Below are positions 14,197-27,158 of a DNA stretch of 64,000 bases, piece after piece (the stretch's first letter is position 1; each line of letters starts with the position of its first letter). Under the pieces are notes generated by a model, which made no database searches, was not told the origin of the DNA, and saw nothing but the letters and a program-made list of their open reading frames with translations. The position numbers were made by a program, and so were the translations under genes. This stretch comes from Antedon mediterranea (taxonomy: Eukaryota > Animalia > Echinodermata): assembly GCF_964355755.1 (NCBI RefSeq), contig NC_092676.1:4751888-4815887 (forward strand), given 5' to 3'.

Positions 14197-14625
14197 CCTA
14201 CTTATCTTCATCATGAGCAAGATACCGGTTTTTATCTTTATCATGAGCAAGATACCGGTACTTATCTTCATCATGAGCAAGATACCGGTACTTATCTTCA
14301 TGATGAGCAAGATACCTTTACTTATCTTCATGATGAGCAAGATACCGGTACTTATCTTCATCATGAGCAACATACCGGTACTTATCTTCATCTTGAGCAA
14401 GATACTGGTATTTATCTTCATCATGAGCAACATACCAGTACTTATCTTCATCATGAGCAAGATACCGGTACTTATCTTCATCATGAGCAAGATACCGGTA
14501 CTTATCTTCATCATGAGCAACATACCGGTACTTATCTTCATTATGAGCAACATACCGGTACTTATCTTCATCATGAGCAAGATACCGGTATTTAACAACA
14601 TCATGAGCAACACTGGTAACATTCT
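14197..14625. repeat. 30-bp minisatellite, ~14 copies (TACTTATCTTCATCATGAGCAAGATACCGG)
   Basis: Direct tandem array; it explains the three repetitive ORFs at 14059-14659. Confidence 0.95.
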
Positions 14626-15175
14626 TCTGAGCAAAAAACCGTTTAACTATCTTATTTAATGAGCAGCATACAGGACCTTACTTCACCATCAACATAATTT
14701 CCAGTGTATCAACAAAAACGTCATTGTATCATTGTACTTTTCTTCTTCGTCATCATCATCATCATCTACTTCTTGTTCTTCAACAGCATAATCGTAATTG
14801 TGTCGTCAACAATGTATCCAACGTTTCAAAGTTCAAACAATTTCAACTTTCCTTATTAATTACATAATACAGTAGTCATCGCTTGGTACGGACTTTTATT
14901 GTTAAAAATGTTAAGATAAGATGCCAAACCACAGTATAATCTCCCTTAATTCCAGTCGGATGCAATTTGCTTACCCATAGATTTGATTGCTATTTTTGTG
15001 TAGTGCCTTGTTCAATTTTGGCCTACAACAATGATTATTATTAGAGCAAGGGTCATAGGACGCCAACCGTGTCCCTGATCTGCAAGTCCTTATACTATCG
15101 TACGGTAAATAGTGGATTTATTGTTAAATGAAATTCATGTGTTCGATTAGGATATGATATCATCGCTGGTAGAAC

Positions 15176-15260
15176 CTATTTAAGAGCAAACATTGCAGAC
15201 TTTGATTATTATTTCAGTTTTTAACTTCACATTTTATAACCGCACCACCTGAACCACAAG
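15176..15260 (+). promoter_or_regulatory. Putative TATA-like box and non-coding first exon of the Kazal gene
   Basis: CTATTTAA at ~15176 and donor AAG|gtaggc at 15260. The next exon starts at an acceptor at 15825, 8 nt before the ATG, so a 5' UTR exon is needed. Confidence 0.45.
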
Positions 15261-15833
15261 GTAGGCCCTATGTTTCTTCTTATTAGTGTGTTATTCATTT
15301 TTAATAATTTTATACAACTTTTGATATGTTTGAAGAAGATATTAGACCGTGTTACACATTACACATTCGCATTAAAAAAATTATTTTAAATATAAGTTGC
15401 GTTAGATTCTATGTAGGCCTATAATATGTTTTGAGTGAATTGGGAGATGAACATTTTAGCTTCAGGACGTCAGCATATTTCCTATTGTTTTTTATTCTAC
15501 ATACATTTTTATGATGAATGAATACGCTTCGGGAAATATATATTCCTTCGAGTAAAATATCATTCCTTCGTGGATGTCAATCTTATATTTTACCTCTAAG
15601 CAGACAATATCTGTATAATATTGTCATCTTCAATACAGTATTAAAACTATTTTTATTGTTTTTTATTCTGCATAAACGTTTATTGTGAATGAATATTAAA
15701 ACTTAGCCTAAATACTGATTTGTTTTTATTACTATTATATATTTGATAAGGATTACTGGTAATTCATGCTCTGTATTATATCTCATTTCTTCTATCTTAT
15801 TTGTTTTTTAAATTTCTTTTCCAAGATAGCAGC

Positions 15834-17949
15834 ATGAAGTTCGTTGGTCTTGTTTGTCTCCTGTTACTGGCTGTTGCCGTGAAACCATTCTCAGCTGGCC
15901 GAGGCAATAAATATCGAAAATCGAAACACAGCAGTAATCCAGCAATAACTTATTATCCTAGACCAGGCTACCAGGGCTTCAAGTGCTCGGATACTGTGTA
16001 TTATGTTTGTGGAAACGATGGCCAAACATATCGTAATATGTGCGAGTTGATGAAGGCGATGTGTACATCCACTTGTCTAAAATTCGCTTACCATGGAAGG
16101 TGTACAAAAACTGGTAAGTTAACTTTACTAACGGTTGGTTTCCACTAGGACGCAACGCAAGGACATAAGCCGCAAAATAATGCTTGGTTCCCACTACGCA
16201 ACACAAGGACGTAACACAACGTAAGTTAGTTGACCAATCACAAGCGATGAATACAAAAACTGTCGCTTGTCATTGGTCAACACGCTTGCGTTGCGTTTTC
16301 GTCCTTGCGTTACGTCCTAGTGGGAAAACAACCAAGCATGAGTGAATTGACAAATCACAAGCGACAGCGAATAATCCATCTTATTTGATTGGCCAATTTT
16401 CTTGCGTTGCGGCATACGTCATTGCGTTGCGTCCTAGTGGGAAGCAAGCTTAAACCAGAACAGTTTTGCCGATGCTTTTGTACGTTTAGTGATTTCTCGA
16501 CCGTACTTTTGAAAATGCGTTTCTACCCGAACACAAGATGTCTAGTTGTCGTATTCACCAATCACACCTGAATGAGTTATTTCCTTTAAAACACTCAAGT
16601 CAACTTAACTGACTTAAGTCAATAAATATTTGAGATTTGTTGTGGTAATAATCGAGATAGGACTTTTAAATTTAAGATTTGTTTTTTATATTTCAATTTT
16701 TGTTTACAATGGAGTTAAGTTGTGGTTTGGTGGTTATGATGCTTGCTATCAATCCAAGGGTCCTGGGTTCAAATCCTGTCATATGTCAGGATTTTTTCTA
16801 ATGAAAATTTAGAACTCCACTTCTAAAGACTTGTAAAAAGACTTTGCTTATGTAGAGTATCTTGTGTATATGTTTGTCTTGTGAACGGGATTGCCACCTT
16901 TTAGAAGGACAGTGAATGATTTCGCTTATGGTTATCCTTGGCAATTTGCCTAATATAAACAAACAATAATAATATTTATAATGTTATATTGATATTACCA
17001 CAGGTCCTCGTGGATGCGCCAGATGCTCGAGCTATTATTACTGGCATACTTACCACAAAGTATGTGGCACCGACGGAGTTACTTACAATAGCAAATGCGA
17101 GTTGTGTCGTCAGAAGTGTTTGACTGGAAATGGTGAGCTAGATGTGAATTACAAGGGAGAGTGTGAAACAGTACAGACGCCACCAAATGGTAAATAAATA
17201 AAAAATAATATGTTTATATAATCAATTTTTTAATATTAGTAATACATTTTTTACAACAATTAATTATTCTCTTTAATGTCAAGATTAGTATTTGCGTTAT
17301 CGGTTCATTAATTATTGCATTGTTTTTTGTAAGATGTTTGTTGCTTGACAATAGATGTTTTTTTAAGTTTATAAATTGTTTTCAATTCAAAGGTACTGAC
17401 TTGCATTTAATTTGTTAAATTTGCTAAAATGTAGACATTGTTTCTGCAATTTGCCAAAGTTTGTCATGGCCTACAAAGCTGTCTACACCATCAAACTTTA
17501 TGTGAAAGTAAAAATGTAATGTGTCCATACGGACATGATGATGTCATATCACTACCATATTTAAGCATATCACTACCATATTTTGGCATATCACAACCAT
17601 ATTATAGCACATCACATCATTTTTTGTCAAAGTAGTCTAATAGTATAGACAGAGCTTTACAAACTCAAAGAAACAAAAGTGTACTTCTGAAAGTGACACT
17701 TAATTTATTTTGCTGTTTCTTCTAGAAGTTCTAACAACCACTGCTGACCCTACTACTATCAATCCAACGACAGATTCCGTGACGACACCGTGTCGTACTG
17801 AGTGTCCATTGGAGGATGATCCTGTGTGCGGAAGCGATGACGTAACGTATCCAAGTCCGTGTATTCTCTTTGCCGTTAGATGCACGACGGGTAATACGAA
17901 CTTGACGATTGCTAACGAGGGACCGTGCATCACCCGTGGGGATGTCTAA
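15834..17949 (+). CDS. Secreted three-domain Kazal-type serine protease inhibitor-like protein
   Basis: Exons 15834-16113, 17004-17189, 17726-17949 with phase-1 introns, one domain per exon. Signal peptide MKFVGLVCLLLLAVAVKPFSA. Motifs VCGNDGQTYRNMCEL, VCGTDGVTYNSKCEL, VCGSDDVTYPSPCIL; Thr/Pro-rich linker before domain 3. Confidence 0.9.
16129..16452. mobile_element. Two nested MITE family C copies in Kazal intron
   Basis: Outer TIRs at 16129 and 16452; inner copy with its own TIRs at ~16180-16340. Confidence 0.75.
16709..16965 (+). mobile_element. tRNA-derived SINE family A copy
   Basis: TGGTTTGGTGGTTATGATGCTTG...GGGTTCAAATCC, homologous to 5621-5867. Confidence 0.75.
17474..17658. mobile_element. 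MITE family B copy with expanded 21-bp internal repeat
   Basis: TIRs AAAGCTGTCTACACC...TAGACAGAGCTTT. Confidence 0.8.
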
Positions 17950-18976
17950 AGAAACTGCAGTACTACTAACTAAACTACTATTATGCTGGAGAAAAGTGAA
18001 TGACTAAAGAGGTACAAAATAAAACGACATGCGAATCGAGCCTCAATTGTTGCTGTTAAATATTCAAAACTGTTTTTAATATTAAAAATAAAAATGTAAT
18101 TTATAGGTCCATGGTTGAATCAAGGTAATCTAACAACAAGATGATGATTTCTGGAGATCAAAGGTTTATCTGTGACTGCGACGCGATCAGCCTTCCCACG
18201 CCCCTTAACAGGCACCGCGCGCCGCGGCGAATACATAGTACAGTATTCTTGGTATTTGTCGCAGCCAGACATAAGATCAAAGTCTGTTACGAGTTCCTAT
18301 CTTGTCAAGGCCAGCTCAATGTCCTGTTGTTAGATTGCATTGGTCGAATGATGTTTGTAACGCGTTGTTTAGTTAGTACTTAGATTTTCCGTAGTTAAAT
18401 TAGTTTGGTGGATTGTTATCACAATATCTTATTTGTATGTTTGGTGTAGATATAGATAGACTCGGGGAAACCATGTCAATATTTTGGTTAGGCCTATAAC
18501 TTTAAAATGTTTTGAAAATAATAAAGTAAAATGTCATAGGGGGAGAAATGTCGTACACATCATGGTTAGTTCGCCGCGGCGTTTTGTTAAGTGCGACTGC
18601 TGCACCATTAAAGGCACAACGGCATTGTTACGTAATTAAAACGTAAATCTGACGTTGCGAATAAAAGATATTTTATGCATAGACATTCACAACACCTGTG
18701 TATTATGGCTGTTATTTTTGTGCGTTAGCCTCTTAAATCTTTGGCGTGTAGGGCCTAAGATACGTCCAATATATAATATGACAACTGTGGCGAAGCTAGG
18801 ATAAGACCGGCTTCATCGAGTTCTTTTAGGCGTAAAGGTAATTTATTACTATTATAAAATATGAGTAATTATAGATTTATCATATCGCCAAAGATAACCT
18901 AAGGCTTATCAGTCATACGTGTATTGTATTTATTTGGATACCGCTCTAAATCTGGCCGGTCAAGTAAAACCTCAAA

Positions 18977-19059
18977 ATGACCAACAAGGAAGGTGGCTCG
19001 GAGGAAAAGAGGCCCGTGTCATCTTACAGATACCATAAGCCTAGGCTGTCTTTTCAAGC
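18977..19059 (+). CDS. Candidate alternative first coding exon of ADGB (MTNKEGGSEEKRPVSSYRYHKPRLSFQ)
   Basis: aaaATG context, 83 nt, GC|gtaagt donor in phase 2, in frame with ADGB exon 2 at 37484. Confidence 0.3.
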
Positions 19060-20939
19060 GTAAGTTTTATTTTATTTTATACTATCGGCATTGTATGGTC
19101 TAACGTTACCAATAGGTTTAGGCCTATATTATTAGGTAGTTGAAATGAAGATCAAACATGGTGTTTATACCAAAACTAAACTATTGAAACTGCATGAATA
19201 TCCTTAAATATACCGAGTTCAACTGATTCATAATTCAGTTATCGTTCAGACACTGAAGATAAAATAGGACTCAGTCAAAAAGTCTACTAAGTACTATTGT
19301 AAATCTGCTGCAAAGTTGCCAGAAGAGACGGCGAATGGGGAATGCATCGTACTTCGAATAAAACTAAACCTGTCTAGGTATTTTCTATACTGTTAGAGTA
19401 CTGGAAATATAAAAATATAAATTGGATTTATAAACACGTGTAATACAATTTTGAACGTTTTTGTTGTATTCGATCATTCTCTATGTTCTTCTCACGTGAA
19501 GTGGAAAAGGACAACATCGTTTCAAAATATTATCAATAATGCCAATTAAAATGTCAACGATCAAAGTGACAAACATGGTAACGGAAATTAACGTTTTCTC
19601 ACCAGGTGACATATATATTTATAGTCTAATTGATATTAAAAAGACATTGTTTAACAAAACCGTCTGTCCATGATTTCGCCGGAAATTCGATGGCAGGATT
19701 TAGTACAATTAACTATGAGCCGCACCTCAAGAAATCGATTCGGCGAAATTATTGAAATGTATTTAGATTGAGCTTGAGGAAATGATTGAACCGACTAGAA
19801 AATAGGTCTGAACTCAAGTTAATGAATAGTAATAAGGACGTCATTGAACGCGCGCGTCTGAAATACAGACGGTAATGAGTACGGCGCGACTGAAATTCTA
19901 GGCTATCGACTTTGCTACTTGAATTCTCATCATGGTTGAATTGATTGACTAAGGGTTATTTGTATACCATCAACATAGGATATCATTACTGGAAATATTT
20001 TATGTTTAGTCGCCGAGACCATTAGGGCCCGAGTATGCCTGGTTCCAAAGTTTAACATTAATTGGACATTCATGCGTTCAAATAATTGTGTTGCTGAAAA
20101 AAATATTGTCAATTAAGAATAATCTTAACATCGGTCAATGGAATTGTATAAAGATTTGTACAATAAAATGAATTTTAAGATAAACAGATGAGGATATTGC
20201 GTCTCATAGTTAGACGGTAATTATGGAACAGGTGAGACATTTTCCAAAAGGGAGCAAGTTTGTCAAATTAGTCAGGTAAGTAGGCTTATCAGATACATTA
20301 AACTAGCTGTATTTTACGTTAGAAATTTTCCAAAAGGGAGCAAGTTTGTCAAATTAGTTAGGTAAGTAAGCCTATAAGATCCATTAAACTAGCTGTATTT
20401 TACATGCACATAATGAACCAGATGTGTCCATTCAGAACAATATGACGATTTCCATATGAAATATTTTGGGCCGGCCCTACACAATTTCTCTCGTTTTTTG
20501 TTTTTGAACTTCTAGCCTATACCACGTTCGGTCATGATAACAGTACCGCTAAATAAATATCAGTTTTATACTACTACTAGTAGTTATAGGTCCATGGTTA
20601 GAGATAAAGGTCTATGCCTCTTTCTCAACAATGTGGGTATATTAACGATAAACATTGTGTTTGAGAGTGTTGATAAAATGAAAGTTAGATATTCTTATTG
20701 CTTGATTAATTAGGCCTAGTACAGTAATTTTATTTATTTATCACAGCAATACAAATGGCATTTTCTGACGTCGTCGGGGCTTGGCACCCGCCTTTTCGAC
20801 AGTCACTCAGTCTTTGTTTTTCTCTCCAATTTTCTGAGGCATCATCTGGAAGAAAATGTGAATACTATATCTAAAAATAATTGTTTTTATTCATACGAAT
20901 CCAAGCATCAAACTATTAAAAGTATTACTATTTAATAAT

Positions 20940-21125
20940 GTTTTAATAACTTATCGTGCTTATAAATTATGTCTCATTTGAGGATTAGGGAGTGAAGTTG
21001 AAAGAATCTTGAGTTACAACCCTGGCACTAGTTCAGGATTGAATCCCAGCACTAGGTCAGAATTGAATCCCGGACCTTTGGATTGGAAGGCAAGCACGTT
21101 AACCACCGAGCTATAACAGCTTCAC
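20940..21125 (-). mobile_element. Diverged tRNA(Gly-like)-headed SINE
   Basis: Minus strand TAGCTCGGTGGTTAACGTGCTTGCCTTCCAATCCAAAGGTCCGGGATTCAATTC: A-box, TCC loop, B-box; no full cloverleaf. Confidence 0.55.
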
Positions 21126-21231
21126 TACATGTTTCTTCTCTAACTATAATAATTGCAGTCAAATGTTTAATCGTCAATACAATTGGTATAGTAACATACC
21201 CCACTTGACCTTAAACACATGTCAATAATAA

Positions 21232-23977
21232 TAGTCCAGTAAAATATCACCTTCACCATTGCATAACGTTAGTAGTCAACGAGATTCTCACCGTAGGTTC
21301 TAAACATTATGTAAAGATCATTTATTGATGTTGCGTCGCGTAAAAGTTGGGATTTGTAGAGAAAATGAAGTTTTTATACGCAGTTTTTGCTTCCTTTCGT
21401 CGTGGTTTGTTTTCATCGGAAAAAATGACGTCATGGGGCATAAGTGAATGACACGCCATTGTCGACATTTGCGTTCGTATTAAAAAGTGAATTTTAAATG
21501 TACGAATATGGTATTAATTATCTGTATTACATTGTATTATTATGTATCACATATATAACAAGTCATTTTGATAAAAAATAAGTCAAATAAATATGAAAAA
21601 CAAAGGAAAATTGTGATTTTTGCATGTCATCTGAAGTGACCTTCCATACAATGTGATAGCGCCCTCTATAAGTATTGATACACTCTCACTTCAAACTGCA
21701 AGCTTTTTGTTGTTATATTCATTCATTCAGAAATACAATTTAAGGAAGGAATCGAATCAAGGGCACATTATTACTTGGTTTATTATATATTTATGATGTT
21801 TTCCTCAAAAATAATTACTAGTATGTACATTTTGCGAATTGTAGATGTACCGGCGGTATGAAATTAAAAAAAGCTGTTTACGCGATCTGTAGCCTAACGA
21901 TATAATAATAATTATATGTATAAAATAATTGTTACTTTTTTCTGATAAATCAGTATGAATATGTTTACTTAGCGCTGCTTTAAGCACCCTATTAAAAAAG
22001 AAAAGAAACAAATTGATTTAAGCCTATTTTTTGTCACGTTTTCGGTAATTAATTGTCTTCTTCGCTCTCACTATCTGATTCGTCACTGTTCTCATCATCC
22101 GAGTTAAAGGAGTCGTTCTCAGCAATCGCTCGTTCAATTCTGTTGGAAGAATCTCGCTTTCACACCACAAAGGCCCCAGCAAATCGTTATCGCCAACGCA
22201 CCATCCGTTATTGTCTTGGGGTTTCGGCAACTCGTAAAATCGGTGTTAGTGCGAGCCTCCACAGATCCTGACTTGATAGTTCGATCATCGTGCGTTGTAT
22301 ATGTTGATGCAAGCATCTACGCGACGGTGGAAAGTTAGCTAATTTTTAAATCAATGTTTTTTTAACACTGATTATTCCGGGGTTTTTTTTCTTGCATTTC
22401 CTGCGAAAAAAGTCAAATCTAAGTTCATCGGTAGGCCTACGCCTTGCTTTCGAACGGAATCCATATAATAACAGGCACGTGAACTATTCCAGTTCCTGTC
22501 AGAAAACATTAACTCTTCTTCTCCTTTCCAACTTTCTCCTACTTTCTTGAAAACCTCTTCAAATTTTGGATATTTTTCGACAAGTTTAATGGCCTTTAAT
22601 TTTCCTTTTCCCTTGAAAGCGCTGGTCGTGCTGCACTTTGTGAACGCATGCAGCCCTAGAATGGCATTACATCGACTTGGGGTGATTTCAGTGGTGGCTA
22701 AACTGGTGAGATTGGTTATTCGTCGATTCCTGCCACTGCCTGTATCGAATAGGACTTTTGCAATAATGGACGCGTGACGAAACAAAATGTAACAATATAA
22801 AAAAAAAAAACATCGCTGTCTTATATGGATCCCGATCGAAAGCAAGGAGTACCGATGAACTTAGATTTTACTTTCTTCGCAGGAAATGCAAGGAAAAAGA
22901 CGGATAATCAGTGTTAAAAAACATTGATTTAGCTAACTTTCCACCGTCGCGTAGATACTTGCATCAACATATACGACGCACGATCGAACTATCAAGTCAT
23001 GATCTGGAAGCTCGCACTCTAACACCGATTTAAGAGTTGCCGAAACCCTAAGACAATAACGGATGGTGCGTTGGCGATAACGATTTGCTGGGGCCTCTTC
23101 CAACAGAATCGGATGATGAGAACAGTGACGAATCAGATAGTGAGAGCGAAGAAGACGATTAATTACCGAAAACGTGACAAAAAGTAAGCTTAAATCAATT
23201 TGTTTCTTTTTTTTAAATATGGTGCTTAAAGCAGCGCTAAGTAAACATTATTATTCATACTGATTTATCAGAAAAAAGTAACAATTATTTTATACATATA
23301 ATTATTATATCGTTAGGCTACAGACCGCGTAAACAGCTTTTTTTAATTTCATACCGCCGGTACATCTACAATTCGCAAAATGTACATACTAGTAATTATT
23401 TTTGGGGAAAACATCATAAATATATAGTAAACCAAGTAATAATGCCCTTGATTCGATTCCTTCCTTAAATTGTATTTCTGAATGAATGAATTTATATAAC
23501 AACAAAAAGCTTGCAGTTTGAAGTGCGAGTGTATCAATACTTATAGAGGGCGCTATCACATTGTATGGAAGGTCACTTCAGATGACATGCAAAAATCACA
23601 ATTTTCTTTGTTTTTCATATTTATTTGACTTATTTTTTATCAAAATGACTTGTTATATATGCGATACATAATAATACAATGTAATACAGATAATTAATAC
23701 CATATTCGTACATTTAAAATTCACTTTTTAATACGAACGCAAATGTCGACAATGGCGTGTCATTCACTTATGCCCCATGACGTCATTTTTCGATGAAAAC
23801 AAACCACGACGAAAGGAAGCAAAAACTGCGTATAAAAACTTCATTTTCTCCACAAATCCCAACTTTTACGCGACGCAACATCAATAAATGATCTTTACAT
23901 AATGTTTAGAACCTACGGTGAGAATCTCGTTGACTACTAACGTTATGCAATGGTGAAGGTGATATTTTACTGGACTA
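21232..23977 (-). mobile_element. Non-autonomous Academ (AcademX-like) DNA transposon derivative forming a 2.75-kb palindrome
   Basis: Termini TAGTCCAG...CTGGACTA with TAA TSD. Inverted arms ~21232-22433 and ~22850-23977. Minus-strand remnants LGLHAFTKCSTTSAFKGKGKLKA (XPG/H3TH-like) and DLANFPPSRR.LHQHI..YQV..W..PKPQDNNGW..LLGPLW; frameshifted. Confidence 0.75.
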
Positions 23978-24116
23978 TAAACACTACTTTTTATCTTAAA
24001 CAAATATAAAAAATGATAAAAATGGTGTAAATCCACAGTGCAACAACGGTCGATGGGCGGAAATAGATTACCGGTACGTATATAATTCGTTTTTTTTTTA
24101 ACTATTACTAAATAAA

Positions 24117-24307
24117 ATGAAGTCTTCTAATGATATCGCCGAAAAGTCTGGAAAACACAAAATCAAGCGCAATGTAGAGACTCAGAAGAATACCCGAGAA
24201 TCGCAGACGGCAATCAACTTGGTAGCGGATCAACGACAACGAGCTTCGAGTGTAGGATCAGGAATGGGCAACTTGATGCCTGTTCTGACCACAAATATGC
24301 GACTTAG
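24117..24307 (+). CDS. Candidate alternative first coding exon of ADGB (MKSSNDIAEKSGKHKIKRN...MRL)
   Basis: aaaATG, 191 nt open, AG|gtaggt donor in phase 2. Confidence 0.35.
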
Positions 24308-24364
24308 GTAGGTGATAAAATCATGGTGTAATATATTAGGCCTACTCCATGCTAAAATCATGTC

Positions 24365-24915
24365 AATAGGATATGGTGTAGGGGGATTTGTTCGCGACGC
24401 TACCACCCTTTACACATGCCTTCTCCTGTCTCTGACGGTGATCCATTCCAGTACAAACGATCTTTTGAGTGTAGGCTAATCTTGATGTTTTGTTTGTATT
24501 ACGGTCGATGAAAGTGTTCGGGTTTTGGGATTAGGTGCAGGCGACGACAATTACTGAAGAAAACGAGGGTATTGTATAGGGATGTGTAGGAGGATTTGTT
24601 CGCGACGCTACCACCCACACATGCCTTCTCCTGTCTCTCTGACGGTCCATTCCAATACAAACGATGTTTGTTTGTCTTACGGTCGATAAAAGTGTTCGGG
24701 TTTTGGGATTAGGTGCAGGCGACGACAATTACTGAAGAAAACGAGGGTATTGTATAGTGATGTGTATGAGGATTTGTTCGCGACTCTACCACCTGCCTTC
24801 TATAGTCTCCGACTGTCCATTCCATAAAATCTAGACGATCTGTTTTTGTATTGGGTCGATGAAAATGTTTTGAGATTATTTTTAGGAGAACTGGAGAAAA
24901 CGAGGGTACTGTATA
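24365..24915. repeat. ~180-bp tandem repeat, ~3 diverged copies
   Basis: Recurring GGATTTGTTCGCGACGCTACCACC and GGGATTAGGTGCAGGCGACGACAATTACTGAAGAAAACGAGGGTATTG. Confidence 0.8.
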
Positions 24916-25845
24916 TTTTCTTAAAGTCTTAATTGGCACCAGATCCATTTAGAAGTAATTATGCATGTTTTCTACCAATGATATGATGATGTAATTTTAA
25001 ATGTTATTTTTTCTGTTTTGCTGAACTTATTGATTTTGTGACACATACAATGAGTTATCAGTGTACTTTACAATGATCCAGATAAGCAGTGACTTGTATA
25101 TCCTTTTGTTAATTTCCACCTGGACCTGTCCTCATCAATCGACATAATTATTCTGTAATGTAATGAAAATGTATGTTAACTAGTTGTTCTAGTCTCAGAG
25201 AAAATGTAATATTGACCCCCAGAGAAAGGTGCTTTTGTGTGCGTACAGAGTTGCCAGATTAGTTCATCAGGTGCACTCGATCGAATGTTATTCTTGTTTC
25301 AGACATTAACCTCAACACTATTTGTTTTGTCTTTTTCCACCACCTTTCAACCAAAATAAAGACCGAATCAGCTCCTCACCCCAATCTTATAAAATCCGCC
25401 AATTCACCAAGATCATTTGTGTTTTTTATGCCTCTTTCCCCCATTTCAGTCGTCGAGGAATATGGTCTCAACAGTTCCTTCTTACCTTTCATAATAGGCA
25501 AAGACCTTAGCCTATCTCCCCAACTTATAAACCTACCACGTTCACACAGATCTTTTTGTGGTCTTTTTTCTTTCTTTCTTTTTTTCTTTCTGTTTTTCTT
25601 TAATTGTTTGTTTCTTTTTTCCCGTTGTCGAGGAGAAGCGCGCTACGCGATTTAAAAATGTACCTATTTTAAAGTGTCTTTGTATCATGAAACCCAAACA
25701 TCCACAACCGTGTTTCACTGTATCAATATATATAAATTTTAACAAAAGAGACTTTATAACAAAACAGATTTTATAAAAGTATATAGATTCACTGATCCAT
25801 AGATAGAATCCATTATCTTTACTATTCTTTATTATTATCAACTGA

Positions 25846-25870
25846 ATTACTATGGAAACATTTGTAAACA
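25846..25870 (+). promoter_or_regulatory. Composite X-box-like plus forkhead motif
   Basis: ATTACTATGGAAAC (one mismatch to the RFX consensus) followed by GTAAACA, ~500 bp upstream of ATG 26366. Confidence 0.35.
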
Positions 25871-26365
25871 AACTACTTCAGGAACAAAAAAAATTGAGTT
25901 TTTCCAAAGCAGTCCTATAGTTAATTCTCGCGCCAAGTGACGTTGATTATCTTCTGTTTTTCTAGTGTTGGTTGAAGTGAGTATATTATTTTGTTTGTAT
26001 AGGCTCTTTATACGAATGCTTTGGCAAGTTTCGTAGCCTTTATGTTTCACACATTTATAATGTTTCGGACACTATTACAGTATAGTTGCATGTTGTCAGA
26101 CAGGTCAATATTTACAGTAGTATCAATTGTTAGTTCTGAGTATATATCGGTAGTCCGGGTACATTTTCTTTCAAATATCGAAAACAAACGCATGCAAATT
26201 ACAACTAGGCCTATAAGTTATGAGTTCACAGAAGCCAGAGCTAGAGAGCATTGAGTATGAAGAAACCTGCAATTAGAAATCCCATTGGTTCCACCTCATA
26301 TGGTTCCGTTTCTATCTTTTTTGTTTTATACAAAATCGATAAACTATAGGTCTTTTTCTGCAGCC

Positions 26366-26631
26366 ATGGAATCTGAGAAAAATCCTAGAAAACGAGATAA
26401 TCTTCCAAAAAACAAGAGCTTGGCAAATTTTCGTCGAAACACTGAACACAGCCTTGCAACGCGACGGAAAGTTGATCAACGAAGACAGCCGTCGGTAACT
26501 GACCTCAGGAGGCGTAAGCTCAACAAAGATGGAAGAATAAGACCGATAAATGAATTAGATCGTAGGCGGAAATCACCAGTAGATTCAGAAGGAAATTCAC
26601 CAGGTTCTGCCGAAGAAGATGAGGACTGTAG
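26366..26631 (+). CDS. Arg-rich coding exon (MESEKNPRKRDNLPK...EEDEDC), candidate ADGB long N-terminus
   Basis: tttttctgcag acceptor then ccATGG, 266 nt open with coding-like composition, AG|gtaaga donor in phase 2. Splices in frame to 28780 or 37484. Confidence 0.55.
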
Positions 26632-27144
26632 GTAAGAAGATTTGATACATTTGGTGGTAGAAGGTTGATTAATCTAACCTATCCTCGCGTGTCACACGCG
26701 TGTTATATTCGTATGAGACACACTAGCACCAGGTACAATTCAATGGGACTTTAGACAGCAAAACTCTGTGTGACGTGCATGTTGGAAGAAATTTGTACTC
26801 ATAACCAGTCAGCAGACAAGAAACTGCAAATGCTGTGTATGTCGCTAGACATGATACCGTACGAAAATCGGGTGATTGTTTACTAGCCTAAGATGTGAAT
26901 GCGCATGAAGTCAATATTTTTTATTAGTAGAAAACAGGCTTTATTTGAGTAAAGGATGTATAACCATTGAGGTTCATTATCTCGAAGATAAATCTTCAGT
27001 AAAAAAAACTATCTTTTATGGGCGCCATGAGTGATTTGTAAATTGTATTAATTTGGTTTATAAATATGTTTTGTTCGTTTAGGTCTATTATATAAGGACA
27101 TAGCGGTTTCACGCATAACCTGTTTTTTTATAAGTCAAAACAAC

Positions 27145-27158
27145 GTTACTATGGTAAC
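27145..27158. promoter_or_regulatory. RFX X-box
   Basis: GTTACTATGGTAAC fits GTTRCY-AT-RGYAAC. Second X-box GTTACTAATGGAAAC at 27520-27534; TGTTTAC forkhead site at 26877. Confidence 0.55.

Noticed and set aside
14059-14659. ORFs encoding (HHEQDTGTYL)n, (MMKISTGILL)n and (IFIMSKIPVL)n
   Set aside because: By-product of a 30-bp minisatellite that is open in several frames; no unique coding flanks or convincing splice sites.
19822-20216. Two more tiny ATG-to-phase-2-donor segments (19822-19871, 20188-20216)
   Set aside because: Very short, with weaker donors that coincide with stops; easily explained by chance.
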